Origin: Octopus vulgaris
Lineage: Eukaryota
Reading direction: 5' to 3'
NCBI GenBank assembly: GCA_951406725.2
Contig: OX597814.1
Coordinates: 136,834,001 to 136,898,000 of the forward strand
Length of the DNA stretch: 64,000 nt
This document shows, in pieces, positions 25,646 to 39,644 of this stretch. The notes below the pieces were generated by a model. That model had not been told where the DNA came from. It searched no databases and saw only the letters and a list, made by a program, of their open reading frames with translations. The translations under genes and the position numbers were made by a program. The stretch's first letter is position 1. Each line of letters opens with the position of its first letter.

Positions 25646-26009
25646 TATTGTCTGAAAACTACTTAACATATCAACATTAAAATAACACGTGTTGTACTCG
25701 TGCAAGTAAACGAAACAGATTCATGAAACGGTTCAATTACATATCAATTGATTTCAAAATTAAAAGGCAATCCCTTTTTCTATCATCAGTGTAATACAAT
25801 CAGGTCAATGCACATAACCACGAACAAAATACCTACCTGTGAAACAGAAGTAGCTCCGCACCGTAAATACGATGTTCGTACTTATATACAGAATAAAAGT
25901 TCAAAAATCTGGTATCTTTTATTTCGACCACATGTTAATAAGAAATGAATAATTCTAGTTTGAGTGAAATGATATATTAAAAATATTTATTTTTTGATAA
26001 AAGATGTAG

Positions 26010-26141
<132 letters not shown>

Positions 26142-26721
26142 GGATAAGATCGATATTTAAATAACGATCTTATGAGGTGGCCAGCATGAGAATAAAAACC
26201 TTTCAAAGGTAATAATTATTTAAAATTATAATTTAGGGTATCTGAGAGATACCAGCACGCTGAAAATAGCAGTCAAAACTTGACTCTAAAACCACATTAA
26301 ATGTTCATACAGCACCAGGAGAGAAGACAAAGAGACAGAATAAACTAGCAAAAAAATTACTGGATAATTCCAGATCCCGGATTTCTGACTCTGCATAAGA
26401 GATGCTCTGCCTTCATACACTCAGATAACACATAAATACAAATATATATATATACAACTTACGATATACTTACATATACGAAAGTATATACATACATATA
26501 TATGCAGGTATTTACATGACCAGTTTAAATTGCCCGCCTTAAAGCTTCTGGTGCGATATGATCAGAATAAACACCGCAGTGAATATAATGACGAAATAAA
26601 TATATAAATTTATATAAATAAGGATAAGATCGATATTTAAATGCCGATCTTATCAGGTGGCCAGCATAGGAACAAAAATCTTTCAAAGGTAATAATTATT
26701 TAAAATTATAATTTAGGGTAT
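26142..26721. repeat. ~100-bp direct repeats (26142-26241 and 26622-26721), each with a gataagatcg/cgatcttat hairpin
   Basis: Direct alignment, offset 480. Confidence 0.88.
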
Positions 26722-26823
26722 ATATATGTATACATACATGCACATACACACATGTATACATACGCATATACGTGCATGCACACACATATACATACACGCA
26801 TATACACATATATATATATACAT

Positions 26824-26860
<37 letters not shown>

Positions 26861-27199
26861 CATATATATACATGTATATACATATATATACATACATATA
26901 TACGCATGCATAACTTATACAATCCTCCACACATATATACGTGTGTGCTCACGCACAGCCCTTCATTTATATATTTATATAAAATATAGGATATAAACCA
27001 CGTATTACTATATAAAGATAGATAAGAAAGATGTAGAAGTAAGAGTAAACAAATAAGAGGTCATACACAGGATTATCAAATATTTCATTATAGGTTAGAA
27101 ACAAATACAAGAAGAGTGCGTAAGCAGGAGGCCGATGACATAATGTGATATCACTCAAACCGTAGAGTGTTTGGAAATCATAAACCGAATTATCATTCA

Positions 27200-27712
27200 C
27201 TAGCAGTATCGCCCGGCGTTGCTCGGGTTTGTAAGGGAAATAACTATATAAGCATTTTTAGAGAGTTACTTCCCTTATAGATGCCAATTCGGGCTTTCTT
27301 AGCCATTTCTGTTTTGGTGTCTTCAAGCCATGAAGTCGTTGTTCTAAAAGAACGCTGGTCTCCTTGACAACGCTTTGCGACGTTGATTTCCTTACACTCC
27401 CTTCCCCACAGCTTCACGAGGGAGGGAAGAAGGGGGAAAAGCAAACAGGTGCAGGTATGACCATGGACGCCAACTCCGCCGCCATCGACACACGAAAAAT
27501 TATGCATTAAAATGGAATAAAAAATGATGTTAAATTATTTTTAAAATCGTAGACTCATCGTTGACGCGCGCTAATAGCCAGACGGGCTCGATATGAATCA
27601 CGACTATAAGATACCCGAATTTGATTAAACTGCACCGCAAAATGTGGGAGTAGTTAGGAATCTAAATCGAAGGGGACAGACACTCACACAACTACAGTTT
27701 TATATATAGAGA
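27200..27712 (-). mobile_element. Non-autonomous Helitron
   Basis: Minus strand: 5' TC(tctatatataaaa) ... GC-rich subterminal hairpin ccgagcaacgccggg ... CTAG 3'; inserted between A and T with no TSD. Confidence 0.85.
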
Positions 27713-28422
27713 TTTCGCTATTTATTGAGAACTGAGGTTGCAAATGCGTAAGCAGTAGGCCGATCGGCGATGACGTAATACAACATATCACTCAAGCAAT
27801 ATCTAAAGGTTCAAATCTTTAAATATTCATTTACCTCTCACTGAACCCTATGAAAATGGACCTAGTCATTCCTGGCGTCCTACTTGTTACTGTGCCTAGA
27901 TTGTACTGAATACTATAACTATACCTACATACACGCATACATGTGCGTGTATGTGTGTGTGTGTATTTACTAGCAATACCCGTGGAAATTCTATGGCCCT
28001 TCACTTGGTACAATGCTCAGCCATAGACAGCTCCATAATCGATAATAATATCCAATCACTTCCTTTTCAATTTTTTGATTAATTTCTGGGAAATATTGTT
28101 CATTTTGTATGGTAATGCTTTCTCTTCTAACACGATTTCTAATTCTGGCTCGTGCAACATATTCTTCCTTGTCATAACCACTAATGTTTGTCTTCTTCCT
28201 TGATTAACAATTCGCATTCTGTTTCCCTGTTAGACTCAACTTCGTCGTTCGTCAGACAACGCTTCCAGCTCCGTTTCTTGCTTTAATTTCATTTCTTTCT
28301 TGATTCTTTACTGTCTATTCCTAATTCTAATATCTTCTTTTCAGTCTTTCCCTGTTTTCAATTGTTACATCTTCTTTGTTTTTCCCCAGACTTTTCTTGC
28401 TTTTTTTCTGCCTCTCAGCGAT

Positions 28423-28665
28423 ACATTTTCATCAGACATTTTCATCAAACATTTTCTTCAGACATTTTTCATCAGACATTTTCATCAAACATTTTCATCA
28501 AACATTTTCATCAAACATTTTCATCAAACATTTTCATCAAACATTTTCATCAAACATTTTCATCAAAAATGTTCATGTGACATTTTCATCAAACATTTTC
28601 ATCAAATGTCTGATGAAAATGTTTGATAAACATGTTCATCAAACATTTTCATCAGATAGTTTTTC
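28423..28665. repeat. 13-bp minisatellite (TTTTCATCAAACA)n with an internal inverted segment, flanked by 16-bp direct repeats
   Basis: Unit read directly; tctgcctctcagcgat at 28407-28422 and 28666-28681. Confidence 0.92.
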
Positions 28666-28939
28666 TCTGCCTCTCAGCGATTCAATTCACGCTATTGTGC
28701 CCTATGATCATCGTCCTCTGTACACGTATCAAACTATGCTTTGGTAGTAAAATAATTTAAGAAGCACTTAATACCAATGGTGTGCGCACATATGTACAAA
28801 CATACCACAGAAACACTTTCGCACACATACATACACATATAGCTAACTGTCGTCAATGTGTGTACAGTTGTGTGTATGTGCGTCAACAGCGTTCGTATAT
28901 ATGTGTGTACGTACCAGTAGTGTTCGTATGAATCTCTCC

Positions 28940-28993
<54 letters not shown>

Positions 28994-29046
28994 CTGTCAA
29001 TCTATCTATCTATTTATCTATCTATCCTGCCCTCTCTCTGTCTCTC

Positions 29047-29079
<33 letters not shown>

Positions 29080-29525
29080 GTATCTATCAATCTATATATC
29101 TATTTATCTATTTATCCTGCCCTCTCTCTGTCTCTTTTTCTTCCTATTGCATGCACAGATTTTACCATCCTCTTTCCACAGCATGACCAATTTTTACATC
29201 AGAGGAATCTATCGCTAGCACTTAAATTCAAGATAGAATAAAGTGTCTATGTTTGTACGCACGCGCGCATATGGACTGCAAATATATGAGTATAGTCATG
29301 GTATAGTACAACTTGTCTTGTACTGTGTTTATCGGTGGAGAAAATGAATAAACTTTTTATGTAAAACTCGGGTAGAGACTAAAATTTCCAGTTACCACTA
29401 TATATGTACGGGTGTACAAATACGAATGTGTATTTCTGATATATATACATACACAGACACAAACACAGACACACACACGCACGCACGCACGCACACACAC
29501 ACATATATATAAATCCCATTTATAT

Positions 29526-29718
29526 ATCAAACATTTTCATCAGACATTTTCATCAAACATTTTCATAACCAATATTCATCAAACATTTTCATCAGACATT
29601 TTCATCAAACATTTTCATTAAACATTTTCATCAGACATTTTCATCAAACATTTTCATCAAACACTTTCGTCAGATATTTTCATCAAGCATTTTCATCAAA
29701 CATTTTCATCAGACATTT
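29526..29718. repeat. Second array of the same 13-bp minisatellite
   Basis: (ttttcatcaRaca)n. Confidence 0.95.
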
Positions 29719-29954
29719 GAATGAATCATCCATGCGGTAACGTACCTCCTTGCGACAATATATACTTACATTTAATCAAGATATCCTTGGCCTGAAAAGC
29801 AGCCTGCGGTATACACATCGCTAGGATATTTAGCACTTCTGTGGTTCCGCTCGCTATGAAACATACGGAACCCGGATCTTATTTACTCCGTAATATATAT
29901 ACACACACAAGCTGTGCCGATATAATGTAGGATAAATATCTATCTATCTATCTA

Positions 29955-30086
<132 letters not shown>

Positions 30087-30102
30087 TGTATGTATGTATA
30101 TA

Positions 30103-30275
30103 TAGGGAAGGTTTACGAAAATAAACAAAAGACGAAGGCAGGTGGAATACAAACAAACAAATGTATTAGTATAGCGCTCAGGAATAGAAAAAGTCTTTTA
30201 CGTTATGAACCTACGCTCTTCGACAGAAAGATACACAGCAAAAAAAAACAAGGAGAGAATCAAGGAGAGAAAAAT
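30103..30275 (-). mobile_element. Short non-coding repeat (Penelope-LTR/retrozyme-like) with a decayed hammerhead-like motif at 30193-30234
   Basis: Homologous to 57622-57812 and 62288-62470; minus strand ctttCTGTCGAagagcgtaggttcATAACGTAaaag. Confidence 0.7.
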
Positions 30276-31223
30276 ACATACATATATTCAAGCTGTACAG
30301 ATATAATGTAGGATAAATATAATAATTATTATAAATAATCCTTGGTTGGAATTTACGGAATTTACAACCCTTTAATGAATCGCTACGTGCGTTTCTAAAA
30401 ATCACATGTCTTTTAAGATCACAGTCCATATTCCTGGGATGATTACAGCGCAGTCTGTAGTATCCGTGGGCATCGGGTTGATCATCTTCATGGATTCATT
30501 TCTTCAGGCGACATAACCTTAATTGATGTACAATAGGGAAGTTTATCCCTTTTTACCAGCATGACGGTTAAGCAAGTTATGTGGGTGTTTCTGAGTGTAT
30601 TTGGTAGAGAGGAGGAAAAGGTGACGGAAAGAGAGGAAGGAGTGTTAGTTATATGGGGATCGAAGTGATGTTCCGTTATATGGTGCAGCATTTTTTATAA
30701 TGGACCGGTGGGTCGTATGTTCCACTCCATCCTGTCTGAACCTCCAAACGATGCATTAAATGTTTATAAATTCCATCAAAGGATTATTTTTATTATATAT
30801 ATGCGCGCGTGTGTGTGTGTCTGTGTCTGTGTGTGTGTGTATATCTGTATATATGTATACACGTGCGCGCGCACGCACACACACATATACAGGGAAAGAG
30901 AAAGTGGATGAGAGCAAATTAAGCTTAGGTTAGATAACACCGACTATTGCTCAAATGAATGTAAACTTCAACTCCAAATTCTTTATCCAAGACCAGCGCT
31001 CCGGGATCGCAAGTGGATATAAGAGCAATCCTAATCGAGATGTTATAGCGGCTGTAAGGTAAATAGACTCAGTTAGGTTTCAGACATGTATTTGCATGTA
31101 GCACAAAATACAGATTATAAATAAAGAAAAAAATTATGTATTTCTTTCATAATCTGTATTTTGTGTTCCATATAAATATACGTCTCAAGCCGAACTGTGC
31201 TTTTTTCTACAGTATAACCTGTA

Positions 31224-31279
<56 letters not shown>

Positions 31280-31283
<4 letters not shown>

Positions 31284-31525
31284 CCTTACCTTCGAGACAC
31301 GGAGTAGATGAAAGAGGGACAACTGAAGAAGGGGAATATTCCTTGTGTTGTATGTCTTGTACTCTGTTTTTTTCGTTGTTAGAAAAAAAGTTCGTCTCTA
31401 TGTTTTTGTCTTTATGTTTTCGTTTCACATTGTGTTCAACGTTTTCTTGATGTCCTGTACCCATATGTGCATGTATATATACATATATATGTAGGTATGT
31501 ACATATATGTATGTATATATGCATA
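31280..31525 (+). mobile_element. Diverged partial homologue of the 60003-61287 repeat unit
   Basis: cttcgaRac..gagtagatgaaa..CTGAAGAAgggga..ttgtg..tgtcctgtac..atatg shared with that unit. Confidence 0.75.
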
Positions 31526-31572
31526 AAATTTATATATTATTTATATTAATATATGTATATGTGTGTGTGTGC

Positions 31573-31625
<53 letters not shown>

Positions 31626-32215
31626 GAATTCTTTCAGCTTCCGTCCGCCTAATCTGCTCTCCAGGCTTTGAACGCACCGAGGCCATAGTAGAAGACATTT
31701 TCCCATGGTGCTACGCAATGGTACTCAACCAATAACCATATGGTTGGGAAGCAAGCTTCTTACCACACAGCCACGCCTGCATATGTGTGTGTGCGGGAAG
31801 CAGGGAACATATGTACTTATTTGTTTTCGAAATGAGAGGGTTAATGCACATTCCACATATTGGTATTTTTTCCGAACCAAATTATAAATTTTCAATCCAC
31901 CGGAAAGAAACAGTTTTTTTATTTTTTATTTTTATGAAGAAATCGAATTATTCTTCAATAGTAAACGCGTCTGAAACAGATGTAGTGAACGTTAACTCAT
32001 TTGTGTTCTTCTTTTATACATACATATATACATACATACATACATACATACATACATACATACATACATACATACATACATACATACATACATACATACA
32101 TACATACATACATACATACATACATACATACATACGTGCATACATACATGCATACATACATACGTACGTACGTATGTGTGTGTGTGTAAGTATTGATAGA
32201 TAAATAGATAGTCGA

Positions 32216-32278
<63 letters not shown>

Positions 32279-33031
32279 TATAGACAGACAGACAGACAGA
32301 CAGACAAACATAGATACATATATACAGACATACATGTATACATACATATATGTATGCATGTATATATACATATGTGTGTGTGTATATATATATATGTATG
32401 TATATATACACACACGCGCATACATACACACATACATATATATATGGCATACATACATACATACATACATACATACATACATTTATGCATGCATACGTAC
32501 ATGCATATATGCATATATACAAATAGACAGACAGACAGATAGACTGATAGAAAGATGGAGTAGGGAATAGATGGAGAGATTTGCTATTCATTCTTCAAAA
32601 TATTGTATGTAATACTAAACAGAGCCGTAGGTTATTGAACAGCAATGGCCACCACATTAAAAATGTATTTCTTCATTTACGCAATCTTGCCGACTAAATG
32701 CGCGCCAATCTGTAATCTCACAGATAAGGATTCTAAATTGTGGAATAGTGTTTTCATTTGGAATAACTGCTCAATTGCCTACGAGCAGACGATCTATCGA
32801 CAAATCAAATGCCTGCTTATCATATACAAGCAATAATGTGTGTGTGTGTACGTATGTGCGCGTGAGCGCGTGCGTGACACTGAACTATTCATTGATTTAT
32901 GTATTGAGATGTTAAGTTACGTACGTATTTACGTCACTAACTGGTGTGCCAGCGAAGATATATTCGTCAAGGGACTGATCATGACGGTGATGATTTTGTC
33001 TATTTGTTTGAAGAAGAAAGTAGTGGGCAGA

Positions 33032-33098
<67 letters not shown>

Positions 33099-33099
33099 G

Positions 33100-33159
<60 letters not shown>

Positions 33160-33416
33160 TTAGGGAGTATATACTTATATATTGATTATTCATTTTTATA
33201 CTTTTTGTGATCTAGTTATATGTTTTATAAAAATATATTTTATTCGTTATTTATGATTTGGTTTATGTCTATCATTGTTTGAATTGCATAATTGTGGTCT
33301 TTTTCTCAAATTTATATTTTATATATATATATATATAGATAGATAGATAGATAGATACACACACATACATACATACATAAATACATACATACATACATAC
33401 ATACATACATACATAC

Positions 33417-33471
<55 letters not shown>

Positions 33472-33699
33472 GGCTGTGTATGTGTGTATGTATGTACTTA
33501 TAGATTGATAGATTGACATAGCGTGTAGCATAATTATATATAGTGTGGACTTAGATCCCCGTTGACTGGCCACTGGTATTTATAAAGTGTTAAATACTTT
33601 CGGTATGCAAATTAGAGACTCCTTCATAGAGTAACTGGTGCATTTGTTGAGCATATAACAAGTTTGGCTGTTCGTTTCTCCGCAGACTGTCAGAATAAT

Positions 33700-33750
33700 G
33701 GAGACGCCTCTGATGAAAACCCAATAAGGTTCGAAAATCGATTAATGTTG
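33700..33750 (+). ncRNA. Decayed minimal hammerhead-like motif
   Basis: CTGATGA a aacc caataa ggtt c GAAA atcgat TA; stem II and palindromic stem III present, stem I mostly lost. Confidence 0.4.
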
Positions 33751-33924
33751 TTCATAATTTTTTATTTTTCAGTCTGCTGAGAAATAGCTAAAATTTGCCC
33801 TGTTTATAATTATACCATATGTTACAAAATTATATACACACGCATAACCATATAGAGAATATGTGTATACTATATAAATATATATTATATACATAGGTGT
33901 GCGTGGGTGTGTATTATATACATA

Positions 33925-34066
33925 GGCGCAGGTGTGGCTGTGTGGTAGAAGCTTGCTTCTCAACCAGATAGTTCCGGGTTCAGTTCCACTTCGTAGAATT
34001 TTGGGCGTCTTCTATTATAGCTTGTGTGTAGATTTGGTAGACGGAAACTAAAAGAAGCCCGTCGTT
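33925..34066 (+). mobile_element. SINE family A 5' portion
   Basis: ggcgcaggtgtggctgtgtggtagaagcttgctt..ccgggttcagttcc. Confidence 0.85.
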
Positions 34067-34070
34067 TATA

Positions 34071-35215
34071 CAAGGCCGCGTAAGATATTTGAGGACAGAT
34101 TTAGGTTTATAAAAAATATATATTTAAATAATAACAGATATTATTTAACAAAAAATGCTATAAGGATAAAAATAAATTTCCTTTTCTATAATGTTATTCA
34201 ATAAAGCCACCTTCAGCTTCAACAACTGCTTCTATATGAGATCTAAATGACCTAAATGCTCGAATCAAGTGGTCCTGGTTCAATTTGGACATTACACTGA
34301 CTATGGTAGCTTTCAAAGAATCTTCGGTGTTATGGGTATGTTCAATGACCTCTCTTTCAACAATGCTCCACATGTAATAGTCCAATAGATTGAGATCTGG
34401 AGATTTGGGAGACCAAATGTTAGGGGTTATGTGATCATGAAAACTTTCAACCATCCATTCCTGTGTTACTAGAGCCATGTGTGATAGTGCAGAGTCTTAC
34501 TGAAACATATGGCCTTCCATTGCATACACTTTCTATCTAGGGTTTAACAATTATTTCCAGGACCTCAATGTAGGCGGCAGAGTTAACTCTAAGGCCTTGC
34601 GGGAAGAAGTAAGGAGGCATTACATGTCCTTCATTACTGACAACCCCTAAAACCATAACAGTTGCAGGAAAATTTTGTATGCATAATACTTAGAACTTCA
34701 GAAGGGTCTGCACATAAACATCTGTCATTTCTGCTGTTAACTTTTTGATCTTGTGTTTTTTCTCATTTGAGAAAAGCCAAATCAAATCTACTGGATTTTT
34801 CAGTTTGTTTAAGAAAGAGCCTTTTAGATCTAATGTAGTGATTTTCTTTTGCATTTTCTGACAAATTGATTTTACCCTATCATATGAGGCTTATATCTGA
34901 TGTTCGTGGACAACAATTCTGACTGTTCCTTCCGACACATGGAGATCTAATGCAGTTGACCTCATGGAATTTCTGGGATTGCAATCAATGGTCTGTTGAA
35001 TTTGCTGGATAAATTCAGGTGTTCTGAATGGTTTCAGAGCGTTTAGAATGCTTTATATTGGTGATGCGTTTTCATCTTCAGTTTCTAGCTCCTTACAAAT
35101 TTTGTAGACGCTATTCTCAGCCTTTATAACCTCAGTAACAGAATACCTTTTCATTTCTTGAGTCAGCTGTGAGTCTGCCATTATTATTTTCTGAAACAAA
35201 GATTAAACGGAGTTA
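34071..35215 (-). pseudogene. Tc1/mariner maT-family (DD37D) transposase relic, coding region ~35181 to 34194
   Basis: FQ*DSALSH...WSPKSPDLNLLDYYMW with 37 residues between the last two Asp; C-terminus AVVEAEGGFIE; TA+caagg end. Confidence 0.85.
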
Positions 35216-35726
35216 GCAAAAAGTTTATATACTTTTACATGTTTCAGCTACTTTACTGCGGCCATGCTGGAGCACCGAATTGGAGGAGTTTTTTTTTAAT
35301 CGAACAATCTACCCTAGGACTTATATTTTAAGCCTAGTACTTATTCTATCGATCTTTTTGCCGAACCGCTAGGTTACGGAGACGTAAACACACCAGCACC
35401 AGTTGACAAATGGTGATAGGGTGACAAACACAAACACAAAGTCATCTCTTATGCACTTGTATTTGTGTACCATTTCTCCGTTTATTCCGTCTTTGTTTTC
35501 TTATACATTCGCTGCTTTTTTCTGAGGAATCTAGTGGTCTTAGCTTAGATTTTCCTTGGGGCTGGCCAGATTGGAGCAATCTCGAGTATAACCAGCCGAA
35601 ATTGCAAAGATAATCTGGAACTCGACTATCGAAAGAAAACTCCGGATGACCCGTCCTTGTTTTCTTGCCCATTTTTTGTATCATCAAACTGTTTGGATGT
35701 TTTGCGTTCTTGCCCCATTTTTTATA

Positions 35727-35785
<59 letters not shown>

Positions 35786-35920
35786 CGGGATTCTTACAGT
35801 TTTCGTATAACAAATCCACTTACAAGGCTTTGGTTTTCGAGGCGGTGACCTGGCATGGCCGCAGTCAAATGAATGAAACGAGTAAAAGATAAAAGACGTG
35901 TTTATATATGTATATTTATA

Positions 35921-36894
35921 TTCGAGGAAGTGCTGAAAAATTCCTGATTTGGGGTAAAAGAAAATACAAGAGGATCAGTTTATTATGATTTTACTCATCA
36001 TCTTCCCCTCTCAGATTCACACACTTGTTCCGGCAGTCGTTCAGTTTGTCTAAGCCCTGTAAAAAAAACTCGGAAGGTTGACCTTCTAACCAGGCATCTG
36101 AAATTTCGTCTCCTTGAGATGTTTCTTCAGTGGGGGAAAGAGGTGATAGTCGGAGGGGGGCAAATCGGAAGAGTAAGGTAGATAGTCTACCAATCTGAAG
36201 TCGAAGTCGCGTATTATCCGTAGAGTTTCATGTGCTGTGTGCGCTATTGCAGACTACTGGGTCCAAAACTTCTTGAGACGCGATGAACCACTATGGCACC
36301 ATTCTATTGATTGCAGCTTGGTCTGGAGATCATAATGATGAAGCCAAGTTTCATCCATAGTGAGACATAAAATCAGCCTCCCCTGCCGCAAACGGGTCCT
36401 TTGATGTAATCATTCTGATGCTCTTCTGATCTGCATTCAGGCAGTTCAGCACTTTTGCGAAAAGCTTTCTCGTGTCCAGAATGTTATTGATGATGTGGCC
36501 AACTCTTTCGTGGGAAATGTGCACAGCATCGGCTTTGTCCTCTATGGTCGAGGAAGTTGGCCGTCCTGATTGTGTTTCATATGTAACCTCAAAAATCACA
36601 CGTCCGAAACCTTGACACCCATATTTTCGCTGGGCAGCCATCTTTCAATATATGCTTCATCTCACCATGGATTTCTACCGCTCCTTTTACCTTGCAAAAG
36701 GAGGAACTTCATGACCACGCATGCTCCAATTTTAACAAATCCACTGTAGGAGCTGCTATCATTCGTTAAATCTGCAAAAAATATAAAGATATATTGCATA
36801 ACATTCTCATGAATAGTTGCCCTGCCTCTCTAGTAAAGATAACAGTTCTACCCTTTCATCATATATTTAATGCCAGGAACATTTTAGCACCTCA
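35921..36894 (-). pseudogene. Decayed mariner element with both degenerate TIRs
   Basis: SGRPTS, ISHERVGHII..L..RKL, SSDLPPSDYHLFP; ends gtgctgaaaaattcctga / ccaggaacattttagcacctc. Confidence 0.8.
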
Positions 36895-37233
36895 TATATA
36901 TACATACACATGTATGTAAGAACATGAGGAGTTTAGTTCACTGATGATCTAAACTAATAGGCACACTGCGTAAGTGCTATAATTAGTCATCCGTTAGGTT
37001 CCAAGCTCACAGCTGAGGCTGGAGCTACGGATCCGTAGTAGGCTTCCGAGTCAGCAGGTATATATTAAAGGAAAAGGAAAAATTTTTGTTTTCCTGATCC
37101 TTTAATATATGTATGTCATTATTCGGTTTATTTCAAGATTTCTTGCCAATAGAGAAAGAACCGGTTTCTATCCTAGATACAAGGCTCCCTCATTGGAATT
37201 TCAACATCAATAACAGGGTAATTTTGGATTAAC

Positions 37234-37567
37234 TGTCCGCTGCGGCCGCTCGTGCGGCTAGGTCACATGATTTTACCTTTCCTTAGGCTTGTCGATGACA
37301 CGTCCAACAGAGACATAGCAGCCGGTTGCCCCGTCAACGATGTGTCCAATGTCGCAAATAGCCTGTGGACTTACTACTCATGTAATCTGGACGTCTATCA
37401 TTGTCAAGCCCAATAGAGGACGAGATCACGTGAACTGGCAGACCCGGCAGCTGTATCGAACAGTTGTCTCCCGTCAAAGTTATAAGCAGAAGTTCTTTTA
37501 TGCACCACGAATCCATATGAATGTCCTCTTATGGTAAATAAAGCAGTATTCTGTGATCTAATTGGTA
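37234..37567 (+). mobile_element. Possible solo LTR
   Basis: GC-richer block starting TGT, AATAAA near the 3' end, flanked by ttaac on both sides; ends in TA rather than CA. Confidence 0.4.
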
Positions 37568-37840
37568 TTAACACTGCTTTTGTCGTTATTAATTGTGTGT
37601 GTGCGCGTGTGTGTGTGTGTAAAAGTATATCACGTCATTACAGCTCTACACTTGGACACCTCTACACGCATACATACCCCAACCCCTAATACAATTGTCA
37701 ATAGAGGCATACAGTCCTATACGTGCACACACATTCTCGCCTCTCTTCTTAACTCTTCCATAGAACAGCATTTTCATATGCCCCCCCCCCTATCCCCCTC
37801 ACCCGGATTCTTTCTTCCCAGCACTTTTGTTCTATATTTT

Positions 37841-37875
37841 CTTGTGACGGAGGACTAGCGTCCGAAACGTCAGGG
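37841..37875 (+). ncRNA. Decayed minimal hammerhead-like motif
   Basis: ctt GTGACGG a GGAC tagc GTCC GAAACGTC agg; two core substitutions relative to CUGACGA. Confidence 0.5.
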
Positions 37876-38070
37876 CTCTTTCCCTTCTTTTTAAGTGTTG
37901 GGCTAATGCAATACTTGTTACAACTTATCCCCCTTGTGCTGTTTACTTTCATTTTGCGTCCATTGCTTTCATTATATATATATGTGCATACGCATGTATA
38001 TGTGTATATATATATATATAATTTAACCATATATGTTCGTGTGTACAGATGTATATGCAATTGTATATCA

Positions 38071-38127
<57 letters not shown>

Positions 38128-38459
38128 TATGTATATGTATACATACATACACACACACATACATATATACATACATACATACATACATACATGTATGTAT
38201 ATGCATAAAGATACCTATATGTGTATATATAGAGAGAGACAGACAGACAGACAGAGACAGAGAGAGAGAATATTTTTTGGTTTTCACTATGAGCTGGGAG
38301 GTGTTAATGAAATACTCTGATGCTTGTCTCTTGACTACAACTGAATCTTCAATTGCCTGCGGGAAAAGACAATTTAGAAAGTGTCTTATAATTAAACACA
38401 ATTAGTCGGTTGCAGCAGATTTTCCTCGGGCAGAAATGCAGTAATTATCCTATTCTGAC

Positions 38460-38499
<40 letters not shown>

Positions 38500-38672
38500 T
38501 TTCTCACTCGTTTCAAATCAATGTTGAAATTTAGTGAACGGGTGTTAGTGGCTTAGCCTGATCAGATGTCTGAACAAAGTGAAGTGGTGAGGAAAACAAT
38601 GTAATAAGTGGAGAGGTTTGCATTTCAAACCAGGCAGATATGAAATACTTCTCGTCTTTTGTATTTTTTCAT

Positions 38673-38761
<89 letters not shown>

Positions 38762-39644
38762 TAACTGACTGATTAGTTAGTTAGTTAGTTAGTTGATCGA
38801 TTATTTACTGCTTTATAGATTCATTCATTAATATATTTAATAATGATTTGATTTATTCATTTATTCGCTGAGTCAGCAAAGTGCTCAATTAACACATGAA
38901 GCGGCTATGGTTCGTTTTCAGTCTTCCTATAATTCTCAATTGTGATTCCAATTAGAGTGGAACCAATTCATGGAAACAGTTGGGCATAGAATACGATTCG
39001 GTTGTTTCTACATCGGTAACATCAGTGTGGAATGGATGTGAAGACCAAGAAGAGTCGTAAGTGTTGAAGTCACGGAAAAGTTTTATTTCGAAGAGTGGTT
39101 TTGTGAAATATTCTTGATATAGGAAGAGATGAGCTCACTGTATTATATAATGCAGTGGCGAGAAGAGAACCACACCTCAGTGACAAATATTATTTCAATA
39201 TAGATTTCAAGTTTTGGTATAAGGATAGCAAGTTCGTGTGGAGAGGATAAATCGATTACGTCGACCCCAGTCGATAATTCACACGAGTAAACCTCAAAAA
39301 TTATCATAAAGACTGAAATAAATTACCCAGAGACTTCTTGTGTACGAAATTTAACAATCAAGTGTCGTCATAATTCAGTGAAGAGAAAGATATAATTAAT
39401 TAATAATGCTTTCTTATTTTCATCGTATAAGGATATTTAACTTATTAGGTATGCTTAATTAATTATCCCTCCGTCATCCTGATAATTTGTCATACCTTAT
39501 CTTCTGCATTATTGAACATCGATATTTTGTAATTCTCTTATCGCTAATCTGGTAAGTAGTAAGAAAATAATTCTTCCCTGGAAACAAGACAGAAATATGT
39601 TCAGTCTGATCACCAGTACTTGCCAAAATCAGACTCAACTAATA

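Noticed and set aside
28423-29718. CRISPR-like appearance of regular short repeats
   Set aside because: Units are directly adjacent 13-mers with no unique spacers, no cas genes, and the context is eukaryotic
31787-33573. Many YIYI/MYVC/HTHT ORFs here and throughout the window
   Set aside because: Artefacts of (TA)n, (TACA)n, (CA)n and (GATA)n tracts that lack stop codons
35445-35730. CTGAGGA ... ggctgg/ccagcc-GAAATTGCAA, a possible hammerhead
   Set aside because: No UH triplet at the required position and no convincing stem I; probably a Penelope-LTR-type repeat, but a ribozyme call is not supportable
38923-39062. Possible exon ending at a gtaagt donor
   Set aside because: No open frame across the block from the best acceptor and no homology; cannot be supported without RNA data
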